Below, in pieces: positions 47,157 through 59,522 of a stretch of 64,000 nucleotides of DNA; the first letter of the stretch is position 1; the number at the start of each line of letters is the position of its first letter. A model generated the notes under the pieces. The model did not search any database and had not been told where the DNA came from. It was given only the letters and a program-made list of their open reading frames with translations. Origin of the DNA: Bacilli bacterium (GTDB lineage: Bacteria; Bacillota_I; Bacilli_A; RFN20; CAG-826); assembly GCA_022641095.1 (NCBI GenBank), contig JALCDB010000004.1:28773-92772 (forward strand), in the 5' to 3' direction. A program made the position numbers and the translations under genes.

Positions 47157-47948
47157 CTATTTTCCGTTCCGTTTCGGATGGAGTTTCCGATACTCGACGA
47201 ACCGCTCGTCGAACGCGGCGACGAAGGAACTGCGCATCGGAGTGACGAGATGAACGTAACCGACGAGCTTGGTTGGCTTAAGGATGGCGTAGGAGAGCAG
47301 AAAGTCATTCTCTTCCGCCGTGCCTTTTTCGATATCGATTTGGTTTCCGGATCCAAGGATGATCATTTTGCTATTTTCGCCAATGCGGGTGACCGCGGTT
47401 TGAAGCTCTGCCAAAGACATGTTTTGGGCTTCGTCGACTATAAGGAGACAGTCCTCAAAGCTACGGCCGCGGATGTATTCCGGAGGAATGGGGATGATGT
47501 CGCTTGGAAGGTGGCTATAGACGATGGATCCCGCCTGTGGTGCGTTGTCGTCTTTGTTTTTCTCGTAGCGGCGCAAGCGCGGAGGAATGATCCCGGCGGC
47601 CCTTGCGAAGGCCATAAGGTGATTGTAGTTGTCGAGGAGCGGCCCGAGGTAGGGAGCGAATTTGTCGTCTTCGGTGCCTTTTAGATAGCCAAGGTGATGG
47701 CCTACCTCGACGGGTTCGCGAAGGTAATATAGATTCTTATAGCGTCGTTTCTTGTCCCCATGGGCGCGAATGAGGGACAGGCAGGCCGCGAGAGCGGTGA
47801 AAGTCTTGCCCGTTCCGGCATCCCCGTCGCAATAGACAAGAGGCCGTCTTGAAGGATCCTCGCGAATCAGGCGAATTAGTTCTTTCTGCTCGGGGTTGTC
47901 GGCGAAATCGACGCCGAAAATAGTGTATGGCGACGCGCAGTCTTTCAC
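47157..47948 (-). CDS. PhoH-like ATPase
   Basis: Walker A is GDAGTGKTF, and the sequence LLIVDEAQNMS...ILGSGNQID is typical of the PhoH family. Confidence 0.85.
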   Translation of the reverse strand: MKDCASPYTIFGVDFADNPEQKELIRLIREDPSRRPLVYCDGDAGTGKTFTALAACLSLIRAHGDKKRRYKNLYYLREPVEVGHHLGYLKGTEDDKFAPYLGPLLDNYNHLMAFARAAGIIPPRLRRYEKNKDDNAPQAGSIVYSHLPSDIIPIPPEYIRGRSFEDCLLIVDEAQNMSLAELQTAVTRIGENSKMIILGSGNQIDIEKGTAEENDFLLSYAILKPTKLVGYVHLVTPMRSSFVAAFDERFVEYRKLHPKRNGK

Positions 47949-48021
47949 TGGTCCATTTCCTTATTCACTGAAAAGATTGTAGCACAGGCCAACAAACTGG
48001 AGGGTCCATTATGGTCGCCCA

Positions 48022-49863
48022 TCATTGGTAATACTGAGCTTGGGCGTCCCACATTTTCTTGTAGAGCCCGTTTTTCTTGATGAGTTCATCGTGCCTGCCC
48101 TCTTCGGCGATCTTGCCGGCGTCTACGACGATGACGTCGTCGCAGAACTTGGTGCTGCTCATACGGTGGCTGATGAAAACGGCGGTTTTGCCTTTGACGA
48201 GGGAGCCGAACCGCTCATAAATATCGGCTTCGCTCTTAGGGTCGAGGGCTGAGGTCGGCTCATCGAGGATGACAAGGGGGCTATCCTTATAGAGGGCGCG
48301 CGCAATGGCGATTTTTTGGGCTTCTCCCCCCGAGACCTCAACGCCGTTTTTCTCGTTCTTGTTATAAAGAACCGTGTTGATTCCGTTGGGCCACGAAAGA
48401 ACCTTTTCGGCGATTCCCGCCTGAGTGAGACAGAAAATGACGCTCTTTTCGTTGGCTTGATCGCTTGCGGCCACGTTCTCCTTAAGCGGGAAGCTGAAGA
48501 GTTTGTAGTCCTGGAAAACGATTGAGTAAAGACGGTAGGCGCTTCTTGCATTGTAACTATCAAGGGGCTTTCCGTTAACGTAGATGGTTCCGGAATCGGG
48601 TTCATAGAACCGGCAAATGAGCTTCATGAGAGTGGTCTTTCCGGCCCCATTGACGCCCACGATGGCAAGTTTCTCGCCGCTATGGATCGACAAAGAAACG
48701 TCATCGAGCGCTTTTTCGCTTTGGTTGGGATAGGTGAAGGAAACGTGGTCGAAATCAATGCTCAGCGGCGCTTTTTCGTCGAGTTCTTCGTTTCCGAAGC
48801 GGAGTTTGCTCGGCAGCGACATGTAGATGAAATAGTTTTGCAGGTAGTTGGCGTTGAGCCCGGCGCCGATGGTCCCTTGGATAATGGTTCGGAAGCCGTC
48901 TGACATTAAAGTAACCGCTCCGGCATAGGAGACAGCGGTGCCGATGCTGATGAGCCCGTAAAGCGCTTTGAGGCCTAAGAAACCATAAGCGATGAAAGAA
49001 AGGAATCCGTAAAAGAAAGCGATCAGAATGGAGAAAAACGTATCGAAATTGACATAGCCGGCCCATGTTTTGTTGATGCTGTACTTCTCTTCTTTTTGCA
49101 TTCCTAGGATCAGGCGGTCAAGACGAAAGAGGCGGATATCCTTACCATAGAGGTAATTGACGCTGGTTTCGTAGAAATATTCGTACTGCCGGTTGTTTTC
49201 GACGTTTTTGACCATCGTGTTGTAAGAAGCCTTCTGGCTGATGCTTGCCAAGGGTATGGCCAAGGCGACCACCAAGAGGACGGATCCGAAGATGATGAGG
49301 GCGCTCCAGGGGTTTGATAGAAGCGGCGTCCAGGCGTCATTCCTGGTTGCGAGTCCGCTTACGAAGAGCCCGCTGAGAAGCACGCAGGAGTAGATGAGGT
49401 TCGACAAGCCCGAAATAGCTGTGCCGATATTGTTCATGAAGGCGCCTAGCCCGCCGCTTCCGTTGCTGCCTTCGCGCGCCATTTCGATGAGGCGCATTGT
49501 TTTTTGGTCTTCGATTTGGGCGTAGGAGAGGGAGTACGTTTTCTCGCTTAGAAGACGGCTGATCTTGATATCGGCCTTTGAACGGCATGAATTGGCCAAC
49601 TGCAGCGTTAAATTCATGAGAACCCCGACCACGAAGTCGACCCCAACCATCCAATAGACGATGACCATAATCGATGAGGCTCCCTCCCCGGCGACAATCG
49701 CGTCGATGATGCGGGCCGAGCAAAAGATGACGACGTAAGGGAAGAACGATTTGAGCAAGAAATAGGCGATGTTCAAAAGGACGAACGCCGGGGAGATTCG
49801 CCAAGCGAAACGGAAAACGCGGAAAACCCGCTTAAAGTACGGAGTCGATGACTGGTTGTCCAT
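48022..49863 (-). CDS. ABC exporter, fused permease/ATPase
   Basis: 613 aa. A TM domain is followed by Walker A GVNGAGKTT, signature VSGGEAQK and Walker B ILDEPTS. Confidence 0.9.
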   Translation of the reverse strand: MDNQSSTPYFKRVFRVFRFAWRISPAFVLLNIAYFLLKSFFPYVVIFCSARIIDAIVAGEGASSIMVIVYWMVGVDFVVGVLMNLTLQLANSCRSKADIKISRLLSEKTYSLSYAQIEDQKTMRLIEMAREGSNGSGGLGAFMNNIGTAISGLSNLIYSCVLLSGLFVSGLATRNDAWTPLLSNPWSALIIFGSVLLVVALAIPLASISQKASYNTMVKNVENNRQYEYFYETSVNYLYGKDIRLFRLDRLILGMQKEEKYSINKTWAGYVNFDTFFSILIAFFYGFLSFIAYGFLGLKALYGLISIGTAVSYAGAVTLMSDGFRTIIQGTIGAGLNANYLQNYFIYMSLPSKLRFGNEELDEKAPLSIDFDHVSFTYPNQSEKALDDVSLSIHSGEKLAIVGVNGAGKTTLMKLICRFYEPDSGTIYVNGKPLDSYNARSAYRLYSIVFQDYKLFSFPLKENVAASDQANEKSVIFCLTQAGIAEKVLSWPNGINTVLYNKNEKNGVEVSGGEAQKIAIARALYKDSPLVILDEPTSALDPKSEADIYERFGSLVKGKTAVFISHRMSSTKFCDDVIVVDAGKIAEEGRHDELIKKNGLYKKMWDAQAQYYQ

Positions 49864-51670
49864 TTATTTCCCCTTCCCTGCCGTCACGGTAGTATTTGGC
49901 CTGCAAATCAAACATCTCGCGGTAGTCAGCGTCGCTCTTCAATAGCGAAGCGTGTGTGCCGATATCTTTGATCGTGCCTTCGCCCATGAAGACGATGCGG
50001 TCGCAGAAACGAGTCGAAGCGAGTCGATGCGATATGAAAACCGAAGTGTTTCCCTCGGCGAAGGACAGGTATTTTTTGTACATCGCCTCTTCGCTTAAAG
50101 GATCGAGGGCGGCTGTAGGCTCATCCAAAATGAGAAGCGGCGCATTCTTGTAGATGGCGCGGGCCAGAAGCAGCTTTTGGGTTTCCCCGCCGGAAAGCTG
50201 AATCCCAGAAAGGTTGAAAGCCTGGGTGATGAAAGTGTTTTCTTTCTTCGGAAGGGATTCGATTTTCTTGGCGAGGCCGGCTTTCTCAATGGCGCTTCTG
50301 AACCTTGCTTCGTCAACGTCTTTGTCAAGGCAGCAAGTCACGTTCATTTTAATGGTGAACGCCAAAGGATGAACGTCTTGGAACAGGGCGCTTATGAGGG
50401 TCATGTAGTCTTCGTTGTTGAACTCGGTGATGCTATGGCCGTTGATCGTGATGGTGCCTTTAGTTGGCTTATAGAGTCCGCATATGAGTTTGATCAGGGT
50501 GGTCTTTCCGGCTCCATTGTTGCCGATTACGGCGATTTTTTCACCCGGCTTAATATTGAGGTTGATGTCATGAAGGGCATCCTTGCTGGCGCCTGGGTAG
50601 CGGAAGGAAACGTGCTTCATAGAGATCTCAAGGGGTCTTGTCAGCGACTTTACATCCAAACCGGGCCCATGGTTGAATTCGTCCTTGATGATGAGGGCGT
50701 TTCGGTAATCGGTGACGAGCGGGGATTGGAGGTTGCAGTTATTGATCGCTGCGACGAAAGTGTTCACCCAAATCGAGAAGCCGGCGACGATGCCGATAAG
50801 GAAAGTGAAGGTGGATAGATCGATTTTCCCGCTTATGACCATCGGCAAAAGCAAGAGATAGGCGACCACGTCGCGTATCAAGACGAAAACGCAGTTATTG
50901 GCCTCAAAGACAAAATTGTGGAACTGGGTTTTGAACTCGAGGTTGAATACTTTCCGCGACAGAACCTCATACGCTTTGTCAAACCATGGTTTCATGTCAT
51001 AAGCCCGGATGTCTTTGGCGTTATCCAAAGTGGTGGTGTCTTTGGTGAGCATGTCGCCCATCGTGTAATTCTTTTCGCTTTCGGGGCGTTTTTTCTTAAC
51101 GTAGAGATAGGACCAGCGCGCCCATAGCGCGCTCGTGATGATCATGGCGGTCATGACGAGAAGGATCCATGGGACGTAAATGGTGGATATGGTGGCGTAG
51201 GCGACGATGCCAAGGGCCCCAATCAGAAGATCGGGCCATTGGCGCATCATCATTTCGGTGCCAATCCAGTTGCTGCCAAGGGACTGGAAGCCATTCATAA
51301 GGGCGGAGCGTTTTTCGCGGGGTTCGACGTTAAGATAATCGGTTCTCAGGATTTTTTCGTTGATGCGGATCCAGGAAGTGGTGCAACGGGCGAAAGTGCA
51401 CCGCCAAAGGTAATAGTTGCCACTCCAGATTTGAAGGCCCGTTGAAACGAAAACCGCGGCGGTCAATATAGCTATAAGGGACAAATAAGAGGAAGCGCCC
51501 GCTCCGCTTGTGAGCGCGCTCACGACGAAATAAGATAGCAAAACCCCAAGCACGGCCGTGGCGATCGTGGAGAGAACGTCCAAGACCAAAGCGACGATGG
51601 CCAACTTACTGTAATCGGCGACGTCTTTGATGACGTAGCATAGATTGTTGATCCAGGAGTGCTTTTGCAT
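49832..51670 (-). CDS. ABC exporter, fused permease/ATPase
   Basis: 612 aa. Walker A is GNNGAGKTT, signature LSGGETQK and Walker B ILDEPTA. It overlaps the downstream partner by 32 nt. Confidence 0.9.
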   Translation of the reverse strand: MQKHSWINNLCYVIKDVADYSKLAIVALVLDVLSTIATAVLGVLLSYFVVSALTSGAGASSYLSLIAILTAAVFVSTGLQIWSGNYYLWRCTFARCTTSWIRINEKILRTDYLNVEPREKRSALMNGFQSLGSNWIGTEMMMRQWPDLLIGALGIVAYATISTIYVPWILLVMTAMIITSALWARWSYLYVKKKRPESEKNYTMGDMLTKDTTTLDNAKDIRAYDMKPWFDKAYEVLSRKVFNLEFKTQFHNFVFEANNCVFVLIRDVVAYLLLLPMVISGKIDLSTFTFLIGIVAGFSIWVNTFVAAINNCNLQSPLVTDYRNALIIKDEFNHGPGLDVKSLTRPLEISMKHVSFRYPGASKDALHDINLNIKPGEKIAVIGNNGAGKTTLIKLICGLYKPTKGTITINGHSITEFNNEDYMTLISALFQDVHPLAFTIKMNVTCCLDKDVDEARFRSAIEKAGLAKKIESLPKKENTFITQAFNLSGIQLSGGETQKLLLARAIYKNAPLLILDEPTAALDPLSEEAMYKKYLSFAEGNTSVFISHRLASTRFCDRIVFMGEGTIKDIGTHASLLKSDADYREMFDLQAKYYRDGREGEINGQPVIDSVL

Positions 51671-52005
51671 GGAAATAGGATAATCTCTTCGTCGAATGAT
51701 GCCAGCAATTATGAGTTGCCGAAACCAAACGCAAACTAAAATTGCTGATTTTGGTTTTGGTCGTTTTTAACGTTTTAACTTCGTTGCGGAGAAAATTTAC
51801 AATTATTGCCTAGTATGTGCTTTTATTAATAATAAGCATTGATAAAAGTGGCTTATAAACTATATATTTCCTGTTTTTAAACGATATCGTTAATGTTGTT
51901 ATGATTTAATTTTCATCCTATGTTTATCGGCTGAGTTCAATTGTTTTATCAATTTGATAAAATTAAGAAAACAAAACCACATATTAGTGGCAGGGGTATA
52001 AACAA

Positions 52006-52392
52006 ATGGGTATTTTCGTTATCGACAAAAATGAAGCCGGTCTTTATTTCGTCTTGATGACAGGCAATGGCGAGGTCGTCGGGTCTTCCGACGAGATGAG
52101 TTCAAACGAGGAATGCCTTCGAGGCATCGAAGACGTGAAAAAAGCCTCCGCTGCCGCGATAATCGAAGATCGGACGGAAAAGGGATGCGACGAGACGAAA
52201 AATCCGAAGTTCGTAATCGATAATGCGGAGAACAGAAGGGTTTGCTGGAAACTGCAGGCGAGCGATGGGCGAGTCATTCTGTCCAGCAAGACTTATTTAA
52301 GCGTCAAAAACGCCCTCAAGGGTATTGCCAGCGTGAAACGCAATGGTCCTATTGGTACCATTGAGAATCTTCCGATCCCTAAGCAAAAATAG
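52006..52392 (+). CDS. YegP-like protein (two DUF1508 repeats)
   Basis: 128 aa. The repeats FVLMTGNGEVVGSSDEMSSNEECLRGIEDVKK and WKLQASDGRVILSSKTYLSVKNALKGIASVKR match the DUF1508 pattern. Confidence 0.75.
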   Translation: MGIFVIDKNEAGLYFVLMTGNGEVVGSSDEMSSNEECLRGIEDVKKASAAAIIEDRTEKGCDETKNPKFVIDNAENRRVCWKLQASDGRVILSSKTYLSVKNALKGIASVKRNGPIGTIENLPIPKQK

Positions 52393-52514
52393 TTAACGTC
52401 TTTCTCGTCGGCTTTCTTTTCCTCAAGGCCGGGACCGACGCAAACTCGCTCTTTCCATAAAAAACCGCCCACCTTTTAGATGAGCGGCTTTTAAAAGAAA
52501 GGTCAGGCGCTTGG

Positions 52515-54963
<2,449 letters not shown>

Positions 54964-54970
<7 letters not shown>

Positions 54971-56442
54971 TGGAAGACTCGGCAAAGGCAAAAGGCCAGA
55001 TTCAATGGAATAGGATTTTCGCGTATTTGATCATTCTTTTGCTGTCTCTTGTCGCATTCGGTTTCGGCGGAAGTTCCTTCATGAACGTTTACCTGATGAT
55101 CGGATTCCTTTTCGCCATCTCGGTTTTCGTGTTTTCCGATCATAAGATCGACAAAGCCAAGGCGCACGAATTGCTTGGTTTTTGCATTCCGTTGATCGTG
55201 GTCGCCGTTTTCGGCTCCGTTTCTTATTTTTGGCTCTCATATAGTGGCAATTCTGTGTCCGGCGATCTTATTTCGATGTTTGGCGTCATAAGTTTCTTCG
55301 CTCTTGGATACGGGATTTACCGCTGCAAGGATATCAAAATATCGTATGTCATTTTCGCCATTCTTGGCGGGATGGCCCTGATGGTTCTCATTTCGACCGT
55401 CTATAGCCTATCCCGTTATGGGTTTTTCTATGTCACGAAGTACGCCGGCAATACATATTTCTATGATGGCGTTTATTACGGGATCGCAACCGAAACCCAG
55501 ATTCTCCAAGGCTTCTCCTTCGCCAGGGTCACCCTCAACTATGCCAGCGTGTATCCCTTTGTTTTGGCGGCGACCCTTTTTGGTCTCCTCTATATCAGTC
55601 CGAAAAGAAACCCGCTCCTTTTCTGCCTCGTGCTCATCGAGGGTTCGATCGGTCTCTTGGCCTTTGTTTTATTAGGCAATTTCAAGCCTTTGCCGTTCCT
55701 CGTTCCCGTTGCCATCGTCGCTTTATGGATCAAATTTGTGAAGTACAATCCGAATCACGAGAAAGCCAATCGCATTGTTGGTTGGTCCGTTTTCGGGTTG
55801 TTCGCGGCCCTTCTCCTCATTATGTTCGTCAACGCGATCGGCGGAACCAATTTCTTCGCTGACAGCGTTTTCTTAAACAAGGTTTTCAACAATGGCCGCC
55901 TTACGATGAAGATCAACCAAATAATCAATCTTACGGCCAACGATTATTCCACCGGTTCGTTCAGTCTTGTCACGTTCCTATTTGGCGCGAGCAGCGCCGG
56001 GAAAACGGCATGGGGTACCCTTTATTCCAATCCGGTTGGCCTTGTTTCCATCGGGCCTAACATGATTGAGTTCATCATGCTTTACGAAGGCGGTTTTCTT
56101 GCCTTCGGGGGCTTATGCGCATTCATGCTCTTTATGATTTGGGCCATTCGCCGATGGCTTCATGAAGACGCTTCCGTAAGCGGCGAGAAAGCCATCATCG
56201 TCCTTTTCTTACTCGCTTGGATCGTTTATATGTCTTTCAGATCCTCGGTTTTCCCATACATTTTCTCCACCAACGAATACGTTTCGCCGTTTAGGCGCAA
56301 TGGGCTCTTCTATTTGTCGCTTTTGTTCTGCGGTTATGCCTATCGCCCAATTTGGAATAGAGCCAAAGCGGTCGATACCGCAACCGTCAGGCCGGTCAAG
56401 CAAAACAAAAAGGAGGGGAATGACGATGAAATCTCGCTTTAA
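54964..56442 (+). CDS. polytopic membrane protein, O-antigen ligase/polymerase (Wzy/WaaL)-like
   Basis: 492 aa with at least 10 TM helices, located in a glycosyltransferase locus. Confidence 0.5.
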
Positions 56443-57349
56443 CAAGAAAATTCTTCTCGTTTTGCCCCTGATGGCCATGTCTTTGGCCTCGTGCCGAGAG
56501 GACGTTTCCGAACTTTATGGGGCCAACCCTTACGATACCGAAAGCTTCGTCGGGAATTACTTCGCGGGTCGCGATGACTTCTTGGGTAAACGCGGGGCCA
56601 GCCAGTCCGTTTCGTTATCAAGCGAAGCCATCTTCGCGGGGCTCAACGACTCCACGCCATACGATGGTTTTGCGACGCCCAGAGCGAAATATCCGAGTAT
56701 GTTCGTCGATAAAAACGGAAACGCTTTGTCGCTCAGTTATTCGACTCAGTATGCGGAATGGAACGCCCAAAACCACGACGACACGAATTATATCGGCGTT
56801 TCTTTTGGTCGAACGCTTTGCTTGGCCAGAACCGATGACGCGTTTAAGCGTGGGATCATGAGCAAACTCTATGATGGGCAAATCCATTGCGATGGCGCTT
56901 ATTCCAAATCACGCGTCCAACTTCCGGAAGATGGGTATTCCGCCTTATTCCCAAAAACTCTCGTTTCAGCGGATTATTTCGTCATGTTTGGTCGTTGGGC
57001 GGATGATTCCATCGCTGGAAGTGGCGATGTGACGGCAAACATCAAATTGTCTTTCTATAAACTTAACGGGGACGTTTACGATTCATACGACATAACCATG
57101 GGTGGCATTCCGTTCAAAAAGAACGCCGGGGGATCCTCCACGACGATGCTGGGTTTCAAATTCAAAGACGCCTTAGCCGATTACGATCTTGATGGAATCG
57201 TGGGCATCGGCGTCTCCTATTCAAACGTCGTGGATGAGGATTATCCCTCCAACGCCGGCGTCACCTACGAAGCCACCGAAACGCCGGGCGTCGCCAACAG
57301 CGCTTTCATGCTTTATGAAACGATGCTGATCGGTTCGTCTTGGAACTAG
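56426..57349 (+). CDS. lipoprotein (about 307 aa)
   Basis: The sequence MKSRFNKKILLVLPLMAMSLASC carries a lipobox, and the RBS aggagggg lies 7 nt upstream. The upstream ORF extension overlaps the preceding gene. Confidence 0.65.
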   Translation: MKSRFNKKILLVLPLMAMSLASCREDVSELYGANPYDTESFVGNYFAGRDDFLGKRGASQSVSLSSEAIFAGLNDSTPYDGFATPRAKYPSMFVDKNGNALSLSYSTQYAEWNAQNHDDTNYIGVSFGRTLCLARTDDAFKRGIMSKLYDGQIHCDGAYSKSRVQLPEDGYSALFPKTLVSADYFVMFGRWADDSIAGSGDVTANIKLSFYKLNGDVYDSYDITMGGIPFKKNAGGSSTTMLGFKFKDALADYDLDGIVGIGVSYSNVVDEDYPSNAGVTYEATETPGVANSAFMLYETMLIGSSWN

Positions 57350-57350
57350 G

Positions 57351-58262
57351 CTATTTTTTCGTGAATTTGCTGATGTCAAGCCACGCACCCTGCTCAAAAT
57401 CGGCCCGTTCATCGTCAAAGATGAGCGTGCCCTTCGCGGGAGTGAAGGTGAGTTCGCCGAAATAGATTTTCCCTTTGATGTCATATAAATCGACGCGGAC
57501 GAAGGGGAATGGTTTCGCGAGGTCCTCCGCCATCTTGACCATTTGATTCCAGTTTTTGGGTTTTTCTATGGATTTTTCGCTCGTGAGCCAACCATTGAAT
57601 TGGCTGCCTGGGAAGGGCGTCCAATCGGAATAGAAATTGGTGTAGCGGATTTCTTTTCCGCGGCCAGTCACGACATAAAGGTTCTTGGCCACTCCGTTGA
57701 AGCAGTGGATTTTGTATTCGGTTGGCAAGCGGGAAAGGCTTCCGATGTACTCCTCGATTATTATTTGCGGCTTTATGGGAGAGTAGTGGCGTTCAAGGGT
57801 CATTTCGCCATAGTTCGTGGCAAGCCACTTGTCGAATTTCCGTTTGGCTTTTTCTCTGTCAAAGGCCTTTTTGTCCTTCACGATCATATTGAACCCCGAC
57901 GCGTGGGTGCATTTCAGAACAAAGGAATCGGGCAACTTTGCGAAGTCGATGTCATCGAACCTGTCGTAGACGCCATAAGAGTTGATGAGTTTGTCCTCGT
58001 ATCCGGTTTCCTTGACGTATGCGCGGGCCCCGACCCGTCCGGCTGCCCGAACGACCAAGGGGTCATTCGGATAGACGTAGAGACGGAGATATTGAAGTTT
58101 CTCCGTGTAACGCACCGGATTCTTAAGATTCAATTTCCGATGGGTGATGTATCTATATTGGAGTTTGACGTAAAGGGTGGGCGACAGGGTCTTGACGATG
58201 GGTCGAAAAGGGCTCACGAGAGCCCGCTTCAATTTGTTTTCCTTGAGGCGTGGATTAAGCAT
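57351..58262 (-). CDS. ATP-grasp fold amidoligase (TupA-like)
   Basis: 303 aa from ATG 58262. The segments NPVRYTEKLQYLRLY, FVLKCTHASG and VRVDLYDIKGKIYFGELTF are typical of TupA-like ATP-grasp proteins. The longer ORF overlaps the divergent GT gene. Confidence 0.65.
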   Translation of the reverse strand: MLNPRLKENKLKRALVSPFRPIVKTLSPTLYVKLQYRYITHRKLNLKNPVRYTEKLQYLRLYVYPNDPLVVRAAGRVGARAYVKETGYEDKLINSYGVYDRFDDIDFAKLPDSFVLKCTHASGFNMIVKDKKAFDREKAKRKFDKWLATNYGEMTLERHYSPIKPQIIIEEYIGSLSRLPTEYKIHCFNGVAKNLYVVTGRGKEIRYTNFYSDWTPFPGSQFNGWLTSEKSIEKPKNWNQMVKMAEDLAKPFPFVRVDLYDIKGKIYFGELTFTPAKGTLIFDDERADFEQGAWLDISKFTKK

Positions 58263-58328
58263 TTCGACAAGAATTATTATAACTGATAGTAAAAGAAAAA
58301 TGTTTTCGCGTGTGCAATAATACAAAAG

Positions 58329-59522
58329 ATGCGAATTCTGGTTGTTTGCCAGTACTATTATCCTGAAAACGTGGTCATCACTTCGATATGTCAGGAATTG
58401 GTCCGTCGCGGCCACAGTGTTTTGGTGGTGACTGGCAAACCAAATTACGGATTTGGGGAGATTCTTCCGGAGTATGACAACATAAGCGACGAAACTATCC
58501 ATGGCGTCCGCGTTCATAGGTGCAATCTCAAGCCCCGTGGGGAAAGCAAGCGTTCTTTGGCGAAAAATTACCTCTCGTTCTATTTCAGCAGCAAAAGGTA
58601 CCTCAAGCGACTCAACGAGGAGTTCGACCTCGTTTATTCGATGGAAATGAGTCCGATCACCGCCGTCGCGGGAGCTAACGTTTACGCAAAGCGGCATCAT
58701 GTCCCCCACCTGTTGCATTGTTTGGATCTTTGGCCCGAGAGTGTGGTCGTGACAGGGGCTTTCAAACGTGGTTCGCTGCCATTCCGCCTTCTTTATTCCT
58801 GGTCGCGCCGAATTTATTCCGGAGCGAGCAAAATCCTTATTTCCTCGCCCTCTTTCGCGCGTTATTTCTCCGATTGCCTGCACTTAAGGAAGGACGTTTC
58901 CTTCATCGCTCAACCGCCTCTTATCCCGGAAGCGGGGAGCCTTCCGATCGTTTTCCCCGCCAAATACAATTTCGTTTATGCCGGCAACGTTGGTCGTCTT
59001 CAGTTGATAGAGAATTTCGTCAAAGCCTGCGAGCCGTTTAAAAGCCAAAAGGACTTCGCCTTTTACGTTATCGGCAACGGAAGTCGCGTCATGGAGGTGA
59101 AATCGCTCATTGACAAGTTGGGCCTCCAAAAGACGGTTCATTATCGTCCGACGATGGCAAGCGCTGAAGCGGCTGCCTATTTCCCGAATGCCACGGCTCT
59201 GATCGTGCCCTTGCTCAATACGAATTCGCCGGTTTCCAAAACCATTCCCAATAAACTCATTTCCTCGCTTTATTACGCTCGGCCGATCTTAGGCTGCATC
59301 AAAGGAGACGGCGCCACGGTCTTAAAGCGGGCTGGCGGCACCGTTTTCGCGGCAAATTACCCGGCGGATATTTCCAAAGCCTTTAAAGAAATAATGAGCC
59401 TAAGCGAAAAGAAACGGTCCCAGATGGGGGCCAATAATCGGAAGTACTTCGACGCGAACTTCCGTTTTGACAAGATAATCGATCAGTTAATTGATGAGTT
59501 CAAGGCCGCGATTAAGCGCTGA
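58329..59522 (+). CDS. glycosyltransferase (GT-B fold, GT4-like)
   Basis: 397 aa. The N-terminus MRILVVCQYYYPE and the overall layout resemble WcaI-like GT4 enzymes. Confidence 0.75.
   Translation: MRILVVCQYYYPENVVITSICQELVRRGHSVLVVTGKPNYGFGEILPEYDNISDETIHGVRVHRCNLKPRGESKRSLAKNYLSFYFSSKRYLKRLNEEFDLVYSMEMSPITAVAGANVYAKRHHVPHLLHCLDLWPESVVVTGAFKRGSLPFRLLYSWSRRIYSGASKILISSPSFARYFSDCLHLRKDVSFIAQPPLIPEAGSLPIVFPAKYNFVYAGNVGRLQLIENFVKACEPFKSQKDFAFYVIGNGSRVMEVKSLIDKLGLQKTVHYRPTMASAEAAAYFPNATALIVPLLNTNSPVSKTIPNKLISSLYYARPILGCIKGDGATVLKRAGGTVFAANYPADISKAFKEIMSLSEKKRSQMGANNRKYFDANFRFDKIIDQLIDEFKAAIKR

Noticed and set aside
58263-58883. A 207-codon N-terminal extension precedes the ATP-grasp ORF (57351..58883).
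   Set aside because: The extension overlaps the divergent GT4 gene (58329..59522) in antisense. Family similarity begins near ATG 58262.
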